Counted from the first letter of the stretch, positions 23,986-35,261 are shown. The stretch: 64,000 nucleotides of DNA from Penicillus capitatus (GCA_965649825.1 OZ287702.1:507170-571169), one strand, 5' to 3'. Notes: generated by a model from the letters alone, not told the origin. Numbers and translations: made by a program.

Positions 23986-26806
23986 TTCGTGTCGATTTGT
24001 TCATGTCAAGATACTGTCATCTGTGTGGAGGTATCAAAGAGTGAGGGATCGGATTTTGCTGTCTACTGGACGTTCTTTGTTTATTGGTCCGGGAGAGACC
24101 AGGGTCGTGACCTTGCCTTGTCAGGTTGATGGTCAAGGTATTTGTGGTATTGTTTGCTCTTTTCAAAGAAAGGGAATTCTTAGTTCTGTCGTTTTGACTC
24201 GGAATGGCTTGATCAGGGTTCAGTTTTATAATTCTGTCAATGATGTCATCACCATTTCACCCAAGGCATGGGTGTGCTCTTTGTTGATTTCTGCGGATTG
24301 TTGGGTTGAGTTTGACAAACAATGCGATAGCACTCCTTCTTGTTTTCATGTGGATGAGTATACCGAGCGTTTTCCTTCTTTGTTTGGGATGCAAGATGAC
24401 GCAGATGAGCGACGTGATCGCAGGAAAGCATTGGATGTGGGTTGTGAGGAGATAAAATGGAAGGTCAAGGAGATCCCTTTAGCAAATCAAGGAATCGTCT
24501 ACAATGTCGACTTTCTGAAGAGGCACAGAGTGGAAGTCATGTTGGCAGATCTGGAGAGCAGAGGGCAAATCAGGAAACTTCTGCCACATGAACGTGCACG
24601 GATGTCGCCGATCATGTTCAAAGAGAAAAGTGATGGTCGCTTGAGACCATTAAACGACTACCGAGAGTTGAATGCTTTCTCTGATGCGTGGACAACTCAC
24701 TTTCCTGGGGCTATAAGTGTGATTCGAAGTGTACCCTCAACTTGGAGGTACTTTAGCTGCATTGATCTACTGGACGGTTTCCAACAGATCGGCGTGGATG
24801 ATGAGTTGGCTCGTCGTTTTGGCTTTGAGGTGCTTGGGCAACGGTGGTGTTGGAAAACTCTGCCTCAAGGCTGGGCTTCAAGCAGTGGCCTGTTCCATTC
24901 GAGAGTACTTTCTATTACCCAAGGGTTGCCGGTCGTCTGTTATATAGATGATTTGCTCATTGGCGGCAGCGACAAGGCTGAGCATGATGCTAACCTCCTC
25001 AAGGTGCTTGAAGTGCTCGAAAGCTGGGGTCTGCTCATCAATAAGACGAAGATGCAGATTGCAAAAGAAGAAGTTGAATTCCTGGGAATGACTCTAAGAG
25101 AGGGAACCTTCTCGTTTAAGAAATATTTGGAGAGAGTGTCACGGTGTCTGCCTCAAATTTCGGATAAGAAAAGTCTCAGAAAGGTGATTGGAATGGCGGG
25201 ATTTACAAGGCCAGCGTGTCCGCATCTTTCGAAGATTCTGGAGCCAGTGCAAAGACTTTTGAAGTTGCAGAAGTTGCCTCCAAGAGAGGATATGCAGGAG
25301 ATCGTGGATAAGATGTGGATGCAAGTGATGAGTGGCAATCTGGAAGTCTATCGTAATCAGGGGGGCCAGAAAAGGACGGACTGGAATCTTTATTGCGATT
25401 GGTCAGATGGAGGCCAAGGTTATGCGCTGTTCATGGGGAAGCAACCTGAAGGAAGGATGGTTGCTCTGAATTCGAAGAGAGAAGCGAGCGGTTGGAAAAC
25501 AAGTTCGTTTCTTGGCGAATTGAAGACGATTGTGTGGGCACTGAGAGATGTTGAGCACCTCTTGCAGGGTGATCAGGTCACCGTTTGGACTGACTCGGAG
25601 TCCTCTCAGAAGAGGCTGATGAGTTGCCCTAGGCCGGATGATTTCTGTGATAAGAGGGTCTCGAGGTGTTTGGGATACCTTCTTGAGAATTTTCCTGTCG
25701 GTGCACGATTGAAAGTGAAGTTCTTACCGTCTGAGGACAATGCATTTGCTGATCAGTTGTCGAGATGGGTTGTGCCGATAATGCAACAAGTTAGTCATAT
25801 CACGAGTGAACAAGAGCAGCAGATTGAGAAGGCACATCGTGGTCATTGGAATGAGAGAAAAACTTACTGGCATTTGAAGCGCGAGGGCATTCATTTCAAA
25901 GGAATGTGGAAAGCAGTCCGAGACTTCGTGCAGCGATGTCCTGAGTGTCAGTTTCACAGTGGCAAACGATATCATTCACTTTATCGTGGTCGAGAATCGA
26001 AGCAGTTCAACGAAGTGGTGGCAGCAGATTTTGCTGGTCCGTACAAGCTGCCATACGGAAAGCATCCGAGATACCTGCTGATTCTTGTCGACTCTCTCAC
26101 CAGATACACGCAGATAAATGTGACTAAGTCCTGTGATTCTGCTGTGGTGATCAGAGCTCTGCAGAAGTGGTGCTCGAGGAATGGAAAGATGAGGTGTGTA
26201 CAGACAGATAATGGGTCTGCGTTTGTCGCTTCTTCTACGAAGATTTGGCTGCAGAATCTTGGAATAGATCACGTTTTGACGCCAGTCTACACCCCCTTTT
26301 CGAATGGTCTGGTAGAGAGATGTGTTGGTGCGGTGAAGTTGAGAATCAAGAAGATGCTGATGCAAGAGAATGGCAGTTGGACTTCGTTGGTTCCAGAAGT
26401 CGAAAGGCAAATTAATTCTGCAGTTCATGAGACTACGCTCTTTACTCCAGATGAGCTCAGAAATGGACAAAAGAGATCAGGTGAAAGAGTGTCATCCGAG
26501 CAGCTTAAGGCTTGGAGAAAACTAGCGGTGGAGAACACAACAAGGACGAGAAGTTCTGCCAACAGAAGACTTGCAAAGAAGCACAAGATTCACGATGAAT
26601 TGCGTGTGGGCGATCGAGTGCTAATGATGATTCCCCAAAGAATGAAAAAGGATGAGCCATTCATGACAAAGTGGATGGGCCCGTTAACCATCAAGGAAAG
26701 GACTTCTGGACAATTGTGGGTAGTAGAGGATAGTCGAGGGACTCTGTTTTCGAATGTTCATACTCATGATCTGAAGAGGTTTTTCTCAGATCATTGTCGG
26801 AGTTAG
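23948..26806 (+). CDS. pol: Pol: RT, RNase H and integrase, with a possible degenerate dUTPase-like N-terminus
   Basis: RT: RPLNDYRELN, IDLLDGFQQI, LPQG, YIDD. RNase H: YCDWS, GELK, WTDS, NAFADQLSR. Integrase: HHCC (AHRGH...CPEC), AADF, TDNG, NGLVER. A GPY-like KWMGP motif is present. Confidence 0.97.
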   Translation: MTPAPSAGLKRRDSCRFVHVKILSSVWRYQRVRDRILLSTGRSLFIGPGETRVVTLPCQVDGQGICGIVCSFQRKGILSSVVLTRNGLIRVQFYNSVNDVITISPKAWVCSLLISADCWVEFDKQCDSTPSCFHVDEYTERFPSLFGMQDDADERRDRRKALDVGCEEIKWKVKEIPLANQGIVYNVDFLKRHRVEVMLADLESRGQIRKLLPHERARMSPIMFKEKSDGRLRPLNDYRELNAFSDAWTTHFPGAISVIRSVPSTWRYFSCIDLLDGFQQIGVDDELARRFGFEVLGQRWCWKTLPQGWASSSGLFHSRVLSITQGLPVVCYIDDLLIGGSDKAEHDANLLKVLEVLESWGLLINKTKMQIAKEEVEFLGMTLREGTFSFKKYLERVSRCLPQISDKKSLRKVIGMAGFTRPACPHLSKILEPVQRLLKLQKLPPREDMQEIVDKMWMQVMSGNLEVYRNQGGQKRTDWNLYCDWSDGGQGYALFMGKQPEGRMVALNSKREASGWKTSSFLGELKTIVWALRDVEHLLQGDQVTVWTDSESSQKRLMSCPRPDDFCDKRVSRCLGYLLENFPVGARLKVKFLPSEDNAFADQLSRWVVPIMQQVSHITSEQEQQIEKAHRGHWNERKTYWHLKREGIHFKGMWKAVRDFVQRCPECQFHSGKRYHSLYRGRESKQFNEVVAADFAGPYKLPYGKHPRYLLILVDSLTRYTQINVTKSCDSAVVIRALQKWCSRNGKMRCVQTDNGSAFVASSTKIWLQNLGIDHVLTPVYTPFSNGLVERCVGAVKLRIKKMLMQENGSWTSLVPEVERQINSAVHETTLFTPDELRNGQKRSGERVSSEQLKAWRKLAVENTTRTRSSANRRLAKKHKIHDELRVGDRVLMMIPQRMKKDEPFMTKWMGPLTIKERTSGQLWVVEDSRGTLFSNVHTHDLKRFFSDHCRS

Positions 26807-26818
26807 CAGGGAAGCGCC

Positions 26819-26973
26819 TGTGAGGCCATTGATTTAGATAAGGGGAATGATGAAAAGACCGACATGACGTTGAACATTAAAAAACGAATCGTTGTATGGG
26901 AAAAAACCTTTTTCACCTTTTTCGACCATTCCGTCTTGAACTTTTTCGACGTGCGGAAGATGGTCCTCTCACA
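26819..26973 (+). repeat. 3' LTR (155 bp)
   Basis: Identical to the 5' LTR. It is preceded by the weak purine tract AGTTAGCAGGGAAG. Confidence 0.98.
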
Positions 26974-29900
26974 GAGGGCAGGTCTCTGCGACTGATCAAC
27001 AAACACTGGTCAGCAGCCGTCACAGATCAGGTAGAGGAGATTCGTCCCGACACAACGCGAAGCATTGTCGACGAGGACATCGCGTCGCTGTCGAAGTTCA
27101 AATGGCTGACGTCTGTGGACATCTCGCCGTTTTTGATTCCTCCTCCTAAACATGTGATGCCGAAAAACCGAAAGCAGAAGGTGCTCTTCCGACAGAATTG
27201 GTATGACACCAAGCTGGGGAGGATTGTTCACCTGCTCTGCGACATGCCAAAGCTGACGCAAATCGAGATCGGACTTAAGACGATTATCAGCCTCTACTTT
27301 CACTGTCCAAGAACGAGAGAATATTTTTCGCTGTTAGAGAGGATCACTTCAGTGTACCTTTACATATGCGAGAACCGCAGGTTGTACGGCAAGACACGTG
27401 TCAACACAACCTGGACAGCGCTGAGTGACTACGATCCAGACCTGGACCTTTCAAACATGCTCGCGCAACTGGTGTGCAGTCTGGGGCGTTTGGATACATT
27501 GGAGGTTGAATCTCTGGTGCTGGATTGTTGCTCACAGTTCGGTTTTCTGGACCAAGTCAGACATGTAACCCTTCAAGGTGCGAGCAGTAGAATGCCAACT
27601 CAACTGTCAAACCTATCAACATCTATTACTTCTGTCGTCCTGTTTTTTTCTCCTGAATCAAGATGGGACACTCTTGGTAAACTGACTCGTCTAGATGGAT
27701 TGAGCTTGATGGGGGTCGGGTCAGATCGTTTCGAAGAATTGCCTCTCACTCCTCTGTCGAACAAACTGAAGGTTCTACACATAGATGGGTATTGCAAACT
27801 GTACGAGTTTGCTTTTCTGAATGACATCAAGACCACATTCAATCAACTGGAGTGCTTAATTTTAGAATATACAAATTTGGTGGGAGCATCACTGCGAAGG
27901 AATTTCCCCAATCTCAATGCATTGAGAATTCTGGATTGCATGCTGATGGACAGTGATGTGACGTTTGTCGCCCAGTTCCACAAGCTGGAGCTCTTGGATT
28001 GGCATGACGTATCTAGTCCGCAAGAGGAGTCATTGCACCTGCCATGGGAGAAGTTGGAGCTGCCGAAGCTTCGATCATTGAGTGTTTGTTCGGTCCTTGA
28101 CGACTCTGAGCTGCTGTCGATTTCTCGACAAACGAATCTGGAAGTTCTGAAGATCGAATCGTGCTGCAGAGCCAAACACACAAGCAGTATCACAAATAAA
28201 GGAACACATTTGCTGGAAGACCTATGCAATCTCCGCATCTTTTGTATAATTGCATACGAAAAGAAAGAAAGAAGATTATGGTCATCTTTACTGTCTGCCA
28301 AGTTCGTTACGAAGCTGGAGCAATTGTGGGTGGAGTTCGATGAAAAGGACGATGAAGACGACGAGGACAGCTTAAAACGCATCGCATGCAATTCGCCCGA
28401 TTTGATCTTGAAAGCTTCCTGCTGGCGTTATCAAAGTTTCCATTCCGCCTGTTTTATTTAATTCGGAAGATAAACATTTCTCAAGTAACGCCAACAAAGT
28501 TGGTGCTCGGGTGGTCATGGACTCAGTTACGTCTGTTGAATGTTATACTAAAAAAGATCGAAATCAGTGATGCTGTCCGAATCGCTTGTACAGAAGTGGA
28601 TGCTCTTTAAGATTGATTCGCAAGCGATGCAGTTTTCCTGCGCTCTCAAAAATCTGTGTTGTCTATCTGACCTTATTCTCTACGGTATTCATGAAGTCGA
28701 TAGATAGAGAACAGAGTTCTTTAACTGTGCTTGAAATCCAGGACTCAGATAGTATTGGCGTTCAACTGTCAGTCACTTCTAACTCCACAAAAGCGATCAC
28801 TATTTGAATTAAGCTGTGTTCGTTCTGCAGGCAGCCCGTTTGAAAGCAAGAAGACTCGAGCTTCTTGCTTGCACATAAGATTGTGGTTTCGTTCGGCCAG
28901 ACTCAAACGGTTGATGGTTGCGTTGATCTGCTTCGGTTTCCATGAGGAGTTACTTCCTCAGGGCTCAGAATACAGTTACTGTGCAAATTCTGCACAGCTC
29001 AACAAGAGATGGAGGCGCTAGTTGAACGCGTGACGATGGACGGGGTAGAGGGTCTTTATCTCCTTCTGTTGCAGTCCGGGGTCTAGACTCATCGGCGAAC
29101 AGATCGCCTTCTTCACGACAACCACTTTGGAATAGAAGCTTCTCTCGATAATGGGCCCTTATTTAAATACATTCTGTTCTCTGTGTGCTTACCCCACTTG
29201 TAGGACTGGAATATCGAACATCTTGCGCCACACGGAGAGACGATGACACATTGAAACGTGTTCAGTATTGCTCCACCTTACCTGGCTGACCAACGGTGCG
29301 GCCGCTTTTAACTTTTCGTGAAACTTTATCCGATTCCTTCTAACGGTCAACCCGGAATACAAGGAGTGAGAAAAAGATATCGTTCGAATGCGCCACGGGT
29401 CTGTATGGCGATGACCGGGGTTTGAAAGACAACACCTTTGAGTTCGATCGAAAACGCTTTGCCGACAAACGACTACATCGACAAGAAACGCGAGTACTTA
29501 ATGAAGGGCGATAAATATGTTCTCGGATATCGTACGCGGGGATTAGTTTTTCTTCAAGTTTCGGGTCAATCGATAGCTGTCAATCGAAATCTAATCGACC
29601 GATCAGAGACAGGTGTCGTGGTATTCGTCAGAACACAATGGTCGACAATTAGGAATTGATCCTTCGATCGTCGACACGTTGACAGTCGCACACCTCCTGT
29701 CGGTGGTTCTCTTATCGGTTATGTGATTTATCGCTAAATCGAATGGATCCCCGTTCTGTCTATTCGCATACATCATGTGCATCATCGAAGAGCGCCGATT
29801 AAGTAAGATTTGATGTCAAACCGCTGTCAATCGCCTTCCTTTATTGTGTCAAGAAGCGCATGAGAGAAGCAGGAAAGACAGTGTTGCCAGAATTCTAACC

Positions 29901-30127
29901 GAGACAATAGACGCTAGACAACGTGGTTTGATTTTCCGATCATGAAGTCACTATAGACCCAATCCCGTTTAATGTCAGGTACAGGATCCCGTCGCAAATT
30001 CTCGCGGACCGCGAAAGTCCCGCACTCTACAGGAAACTTGTCTCCCGATCAGTTTCCTGATCTAACAGACGATGGCGTAGCAGATTTCACACGGCCTCTA
30101 TATGCGACAGCTTACTCTTTCGTTGTC

Positions 30128-31943
30128 TCATCTGTAGAAGCGTCTCAGAGCGAAAGGCACATCCACTGGCGTCTGTCGGCGAGCCTTGGTCGCCTACATC
30201 GTGAACAGGTTTTATAATATCGAGTGCAGCTAGACTTAGAGCACACTTTCGGTTTCTTCTTCGACTTGGTCTCGTTCCGTTCGGTATCGCTCTCCTCTGC
30301 TTCGCTCCCGACGCTCGTTTGGTTCGGTTCCGTCTTTGACCGGATCTGTCATCACACATCCGAACATGCGTTAGTGGAGATGCGGCTCACGTTCTTGACA
30401 TCCTCGGGGTCCAACGCGATTAGGTCAGGAGGGAGCTTGTCGAGCATCTGCGCCACTTCGGATTCGCGCCGTCCTTTTCGCGTTTGGAAAGGATCGGCGA
30501 CAAAGGAGTCGTAATTCGCTTCTCCCGCGCCAGGAACAAGCATATGGCGAAGTCCAGCCGCATGGCCGATTCCAAGGACGTCTTCATAAGGGCAGAACCG
30601 TAGCGAGCCGATTCGATTGCCTGTGCAACGGTGGACGAGATAAGGCCTCTCCTGCTTCTGAACCAGAGCATCTCGCCAGACCTCTACCCTTGTACCGTAT
30701 CCAATAGCAAACAGTCCTGTCTGGCTGACACTGACAGCATCTGGTGTCTTGGAAGTGAAGTAGCAATGTACCTCTTCGAACTTGCGAATATCCCAAACCT
30801 ATCGAAGGTGCCTGTGGCGAACATCGCTGACGTGACACGTATAAGACGACCTTGACGATGCGTTCGGTGCCACATGTGATCAGATAGCGTCCGCTGGGAT
30901 CCACGTCTAGAGAACAGACAGGCGTCTTGTGGCATTTGATCTGAGCAACAGCTGTGGATGCGTTCGGTGTCCATAACGACACGCAACCAAAAGAGTGTCC
31001 GAGACAGAGGACAGCGTTCCATGGATTTTGACGCATCACGCGACAGCAGCCTTTCTTCGTAGGGCGCGACGCAACCAGCTGTCCCGTCGTCGTATCCTGC
31101 CACGTCAGAACACCTGCACCGGTTAGATGAGAGAACGCTGATAGAACGCGGCATGATGCCTACCAACGTTCCCAGTAGAGCAGAGAAGGAAGTGATGGGG
31201 GAGGAATTCAAGACAGTATGGCTCGTGCATGGACTTCAGTCGATGCAGCTCCAAGCCGCCGCTGTCGTAGATATACACATACTTCTTCTGAGCGGCTGCC
31301 CAGTATTGGTGGTTGTGCAGAAACCGGACATCTCTCACTGTCTCCTGGACCTGTTGACAGAGACTGGCGAGTCAATGAAGGAGAGCAGCTGAGAGTCGTG
31401 CCTGTATCTCAGACAGAAGATCACCCGTCTGCCAATCGAACTCAGCGAGATGTCCCTTGCGTCCTCCGATCAACAGATGCCGACCGTTGGGCGAGTAATC
31501 CAGTCGATAAGGTCCTAGTTCAGGCAGGTTTAGATCAAAGGCTTTCTGTGCGCCTCCAATCGGCGCATGCCTAGCAATGTCTTCTTGTCGAAATCGGAAT
31601 GTCTCCTCTCCCTCTGTATTGATGAAAGAACACGACGTTGCGCTTGGACGTCTCTCAGAAGAAGCTGATTAACCTTCGGCCTCGACGTATCCGCTTCCCT
31701 CTCTGAGCCAAGTGTCGCGTTGGGCGAGTCCTTCTTCTGCCGCTTTGACGAGCCTCCCGTGAAAAGAAGCGCCGCGTGATCTAGGTTGGTTGTCGACTCG
31801 GCTGCGTTTCCTGAACAACAAGATAGTCGAATGGAGGAGAGTGCGGTGGTCCAGACACACCGTTTGTTTCGACGAACGGAACGACGAATTGTTTCTCCGG
31901 CGACGTTGCGCCATTCCTGGAGTCGTTCTTGCTGCGTCGCCAT
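30128..31943 (-). CDS. WDR46: WD-repeat small-subunit processome protein WDR46/UTP7 (BING4), multi-exon
   Basis: [72 protein letters not shown], and BING4[14 protein letters not shown]...[13 protein letters not shown]. It ends ...PFALRRFYR*. Terminal exons were inferred. Confidence 0.93.
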
Positions 31944-32379
31944 TGATGCCTTCGGCTTTGCTAGATGACCAGTGGATTGTCGCTAATGGCCATGGACTGG
32001 AAGATGGAGCTGCGCGCAGTCTGCCATGTTCGTCCCAAACGATGGAGACGCCTAGCAACGATATTTATCACACAAGGGACGAGGAAAGAGATCGCGCATT
32101 CGTGCTGCGAGGCGTCGGTGGCGCAGATAAGAAAACGAGAAATTCATATGTCTGCGATCTATATCGTTGCATAACTGCTGCTGTTTCTGAAATGATAGAA
32201 CACGCCTTGATGACTCGAACCCATCTCTCTTTCTGCAAACAAACCGAAGTGCGAAATCTCTGCCACTCATTCCAACACCGTGAAAGCACGTGTTACGGCC
32301 TGCAGTCTATCTAGTAGACTACCGATCTGCGACGGCAAGAGTATCGCAGATGATGAGGGAGCGATGGATGAGCTGTCGC

Positions 32380-33222
32380 CTATTCTTCGAGGCCTTCCTC
32401 GCCGAAAACCGACGGAAGGAGTTTTGTGGATTTGGATCGGTTGCACCAGTAGTGTGCAAGCTGCACATTGTCTGCTTTCGTCAAACCTTTTTTACTCCAC
32501 GGGACAACGTGGTCGACCTCAACCTCGCGCATGTTAAGTAGCGGTTTTCCGCAGATGCCACAGGTCGGGCAGCTTAAGTACAGTAACTTCCGCATCCATT
32601 CGGGGACACGCGGTTTGTCTGGACGCTGCTTGAAATAGGCGAGACTCGCGATATCTGAGAGACAGACAGACCCGTGCGCATCTGAGAGAAGGGGACGAGC
32701 GCACCAATCGCCGTCAGTTGGCTCATTACAACGGCGAACTTCGCAAAATCTCCGCCCAGGACTGCAGACACTCTCAGTAAAGGTAGGGGTGCTGACGGAG
32801 CTTACCGTCAGCGAACTGGGTGACGTTCGACTGCTCGATTCCAGCAGCCAGCGTTGCCCGATTAACATGCACTGCATACAAAACAGATCTATTCGTTGAC
32901 TGTCAACGCCGCGATGTTCACCGAAGAGAATCCAGAGCGACGAATCGTCTGCGGGCGAAGAAGAGATAGCAGCGTCGCGCCGTGGTCCATCGATGATGGC
33001 CCTTTGTATGAAGGCTCGCGGCGATTGCTCGATGACTCTACACGCCTCGACAGCGCGATGGTAGTGGATGGACTTCTGCTCTCTGCCCAGTTTCTCCATG
33101 TAAGGCAGACAACTCAAAGTCGACTGGCCTCTTCGACGCATCCATCTCGGAGAGAGTCTGGATCGAAACGCAATGCCTCTCCCCCAGATGGCGGAGCACG
33201 TTGTTGCGCTTAAGGTCCACAT
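32380..33222 (-). CDS. HNH endonuclease (McrA-like C-terminal domain); N-terminus and exon structure uncertain
   Basis: CGICGKPL...EVDHVVPWSKKGLT..DNVQLAHYWCNRSK, with Zn ligands and the catalytic DH...N...N intact. Confidence 0.8.
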   Translation of the reverse strand: MWTLSATTCSAIWGRGIAFRSRLSPRWMRRRGQSTLSCLPYMEKLGREQKSIHYHRAVEACRVIEQSPRAFIQRAIIDGPRRDAAISSSPADDSSLWILFGEHRGVDSQRIDLFCMQCMLIGQRWLLESSSRTSPSSLTVSSVSTPTFTESVCSPGRRFCEVRRCNEPTDGDWCARPLLSDAHGSVCLSDIASLAYFKQRPDKPRVPEWMRKLLYLSCPTCGICGKPLLNMREVEVDHVVPWSKKGLTKADNVQLAHYWCNRSKSTKLLPSVFGEEGLEE

Positions 33223-33315
33223 GTCGACGACAGAATGTCGCGTGCATTACGACAAAGACATCTCGCATTTTGCCGACGTTAAATTGCGATCGCCTTCGCC
33301 TCGTATACGTTCGCC

Positions 33316-35261
33316 ATGTTTCGAGCAACGACTCTTTCGCGTTTGCACTCGCTGCTGAAGTGGTCCGCAACGTCGCGCACGTCTTCCGTCTCGTCCGAGT
33401 TGACCCGGATATTTCCGAAGCCTTCGCTTCACGAATTCCTGGCGTTGCGCCCCTTCAGAGCCACCTTCGACGTGGTATGCAGCTGCAGGGGATTCTATGC
33501 GTGTGTCACGACAAGGTGTTTTCTTCAGTTGGCAGATGCCGTCGTCAACGAGACGGCGGACTTGACGCGTCTGGAAAACAGGAAGTTGCCGATCACCCTT
33601 GAAACCAGGGGCGTGCCGGTAAGGTTCTCCGCCTTGTAGATCCTGCCGACGCTGGACATGTGGTACCAGATTAAACTGTATGCTTATCCTCACGAGGTGG
33701 AGCGAGATGCGATCAAACAACTCATCAACATCGCAGAGTCGGGGCTGGCGGTCACTTTCCACGTCGACATTCAGCCGTCTTGGACGTGTATCATGTAGGT
33801 CGGCTATGTCTCGGCGATGCCTGACGTGCACCTGGGCAAGGGCGTCACTGTAATGTCCCTGGAAACCGTCGATAGTCGGTCACTTGTCTATTGTGTGTAG
33901 ATAGGGTCGGTGTTCGCCAGTGAAGAGTATGTATGTCCCAATGCCGTCGGCGTCGACATCGGTAGACAGTTTGGCCACATTCCTCCAACTCTATTGCTGT
34001 TTGTCTACAGGATGCGGTATGTGTGCAGTGCCACTGATAGATTTGCACAAGGATGATTTGACGGAGGACCACAAGAAGAAGATCCAGCGATTGATCAAAA
34101 GAAGAATACCTGTCGGTACGCTCCAGAATACACAGAGGTAAACCAGACGATCCGCCATTGCTTTCTAGGATTCAACTCGCACAATTCCCCTCTGAAAGGG
34201 GCTGATATTGCACTGGACGAGATCAGCGATCTGAAACCACCGACCAGGAGACTGGAATCCGAATTCCGCCGCCGGAGAAAGATCGCTTGTCAATTGGGTA
34301 CCCTCGGTGGAGGCAACCACTTTCTCGAGGTCAATGCTTCTGCCGTCGCCTACAGTGACCGTAACCTCATCTGTAATCTCAGTTGGTGCACGATGAGGAT
34401 GGCATGGTGTGGATTCTGCTGCACTCCGGCAGCCGCAACATCGGCAACACATCAGCAGCCTACCATGACGTCGTGGCAAGGGATATGCTATACAAGCAGG
34501 GAATTCGGGTGCCGCCTGGACTGAACTACATGCGGATCTTCACACAAGAGGGACAGGATTACCTGAAGGATATGGAATGGTGCCAGGCGTGAGTCTCGAC
34601 CCGCTCTCCCATGTATTTTGTGATCTCTGGCCGCAGGTATGCAATGAGAAACCGGGGATTTATGAGGGACATCATGATCGACTGCGTCAACGAAGTCACG
34701 GGACATGAACCAGATTTGACCCGCTCCGTCAACATACACCACAACTTCTGTCAATGCGAGCGGTGCCAGTACAAGGATCCGAAGACGAAGGAGACAGTCG
34801 AGAGGGATCTCTGGGTGACCAGAAAGGGAGCAACGAGTGCACAGGCCGGAGAATACGGTACGTTGTCTCTCAAGTCGGCATCATCTGACAACTGCCTGTA
34901 TTCTGCAGGCATTATTCCCGGCAGCATGGGAACTGGATCGTACATCACAAAGGGAAAGGGCGAGTCACAGGCGTGGAACTCCTGCTCGCATGGCGCCGGA
35001 AGGAAGATGTCACGAACCAAGGCCTTTAAGGCTGTAGAGCAGGCACAGCACAAACACCTTGCAGGACACTTCGCGGCTAAAGGGTGTCTCTAGGCTGATT
35101 TTGAAAGGGCGATGCAGGGCATCGTATGCGACACAAACCCTAAAGTCAAGGACGAAGCTCCGCAAGCGTATAAGGATTTGAAGACGGTCATGAAGAACCA
35201 GGAAGATCTGGTGGAGGTGGTGCATCGTCTGAAGCCGCTGGTTAATGTGAAGGGCTACTGA
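33316..35261 (+). CDS. rtcB: Bacterial-type RtcB RNA ligase with transit-peptide-like leader, multi-exon
   Basis: MPDVHLGKG, NAVGVDIGCGM, GTLGGGNHFLE, LHSGSR, NIHHN, RKGA, IPGSMG, SCSHGAGR, DEAPQAYK, LKPLVNVKG*. The S/T/R-rich N-terminus starts at 33316. Confidence 0.95.

Larger units (their letters stand above)
22161..26973 (+). mobile_element. Complete Ty3/gypsy (Metaviridae) LTR retrotransposon, 4813 bp, 5-bp TSD GAGGG
   Basis: Identical 155-bp LTRs (TGTGAG...CTCACA). GAGGG occurs at 22156-22160 and 26974-26978. A PBS follows the 5' LTR. Domain order is Gag-PR / RT-RH-IN. Confidence 0.98.
22009..28461 (+). pseudogene. F-box-like/LRR paralogue 3, interrupted by an LTR retrotransposon (coding parts 22009-22160 and 26979-28461)
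   Basis: Removing the element and one TSD restores ...RRWRLEG|RSLRLINKHW... as a 1635-nt open frame (544 aa plus stop) with no other lesion seen. Confidence 0.92.

Noticed and set aside
22161-26973. Ty1/copia, endogenous retrovirus or chromovirus assignment, or an env gene
   Set aside because: The integrase follows RNase H (gypsy order). There is no third ORF before the 3' LTR and no chromodomain.
29400-29520. YGDD word suggesting a reverse-transcriptase remnant
   Set aside because: It is an isolated 4-aa match in a short frame with no other RT motifs.
32042-32541. Possible small plus-strand gene between WDR46 and HNH
   Set aside because: There is no recognisable motif, the splicing is ambiguous, and the distal ORF overlaps the HNH domain in antisense.
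33247-33831. 194-aa minus-strand ORF
   Set aside because: It is antisense to the rtcB 5' exons and introns, with no recognisable motif.
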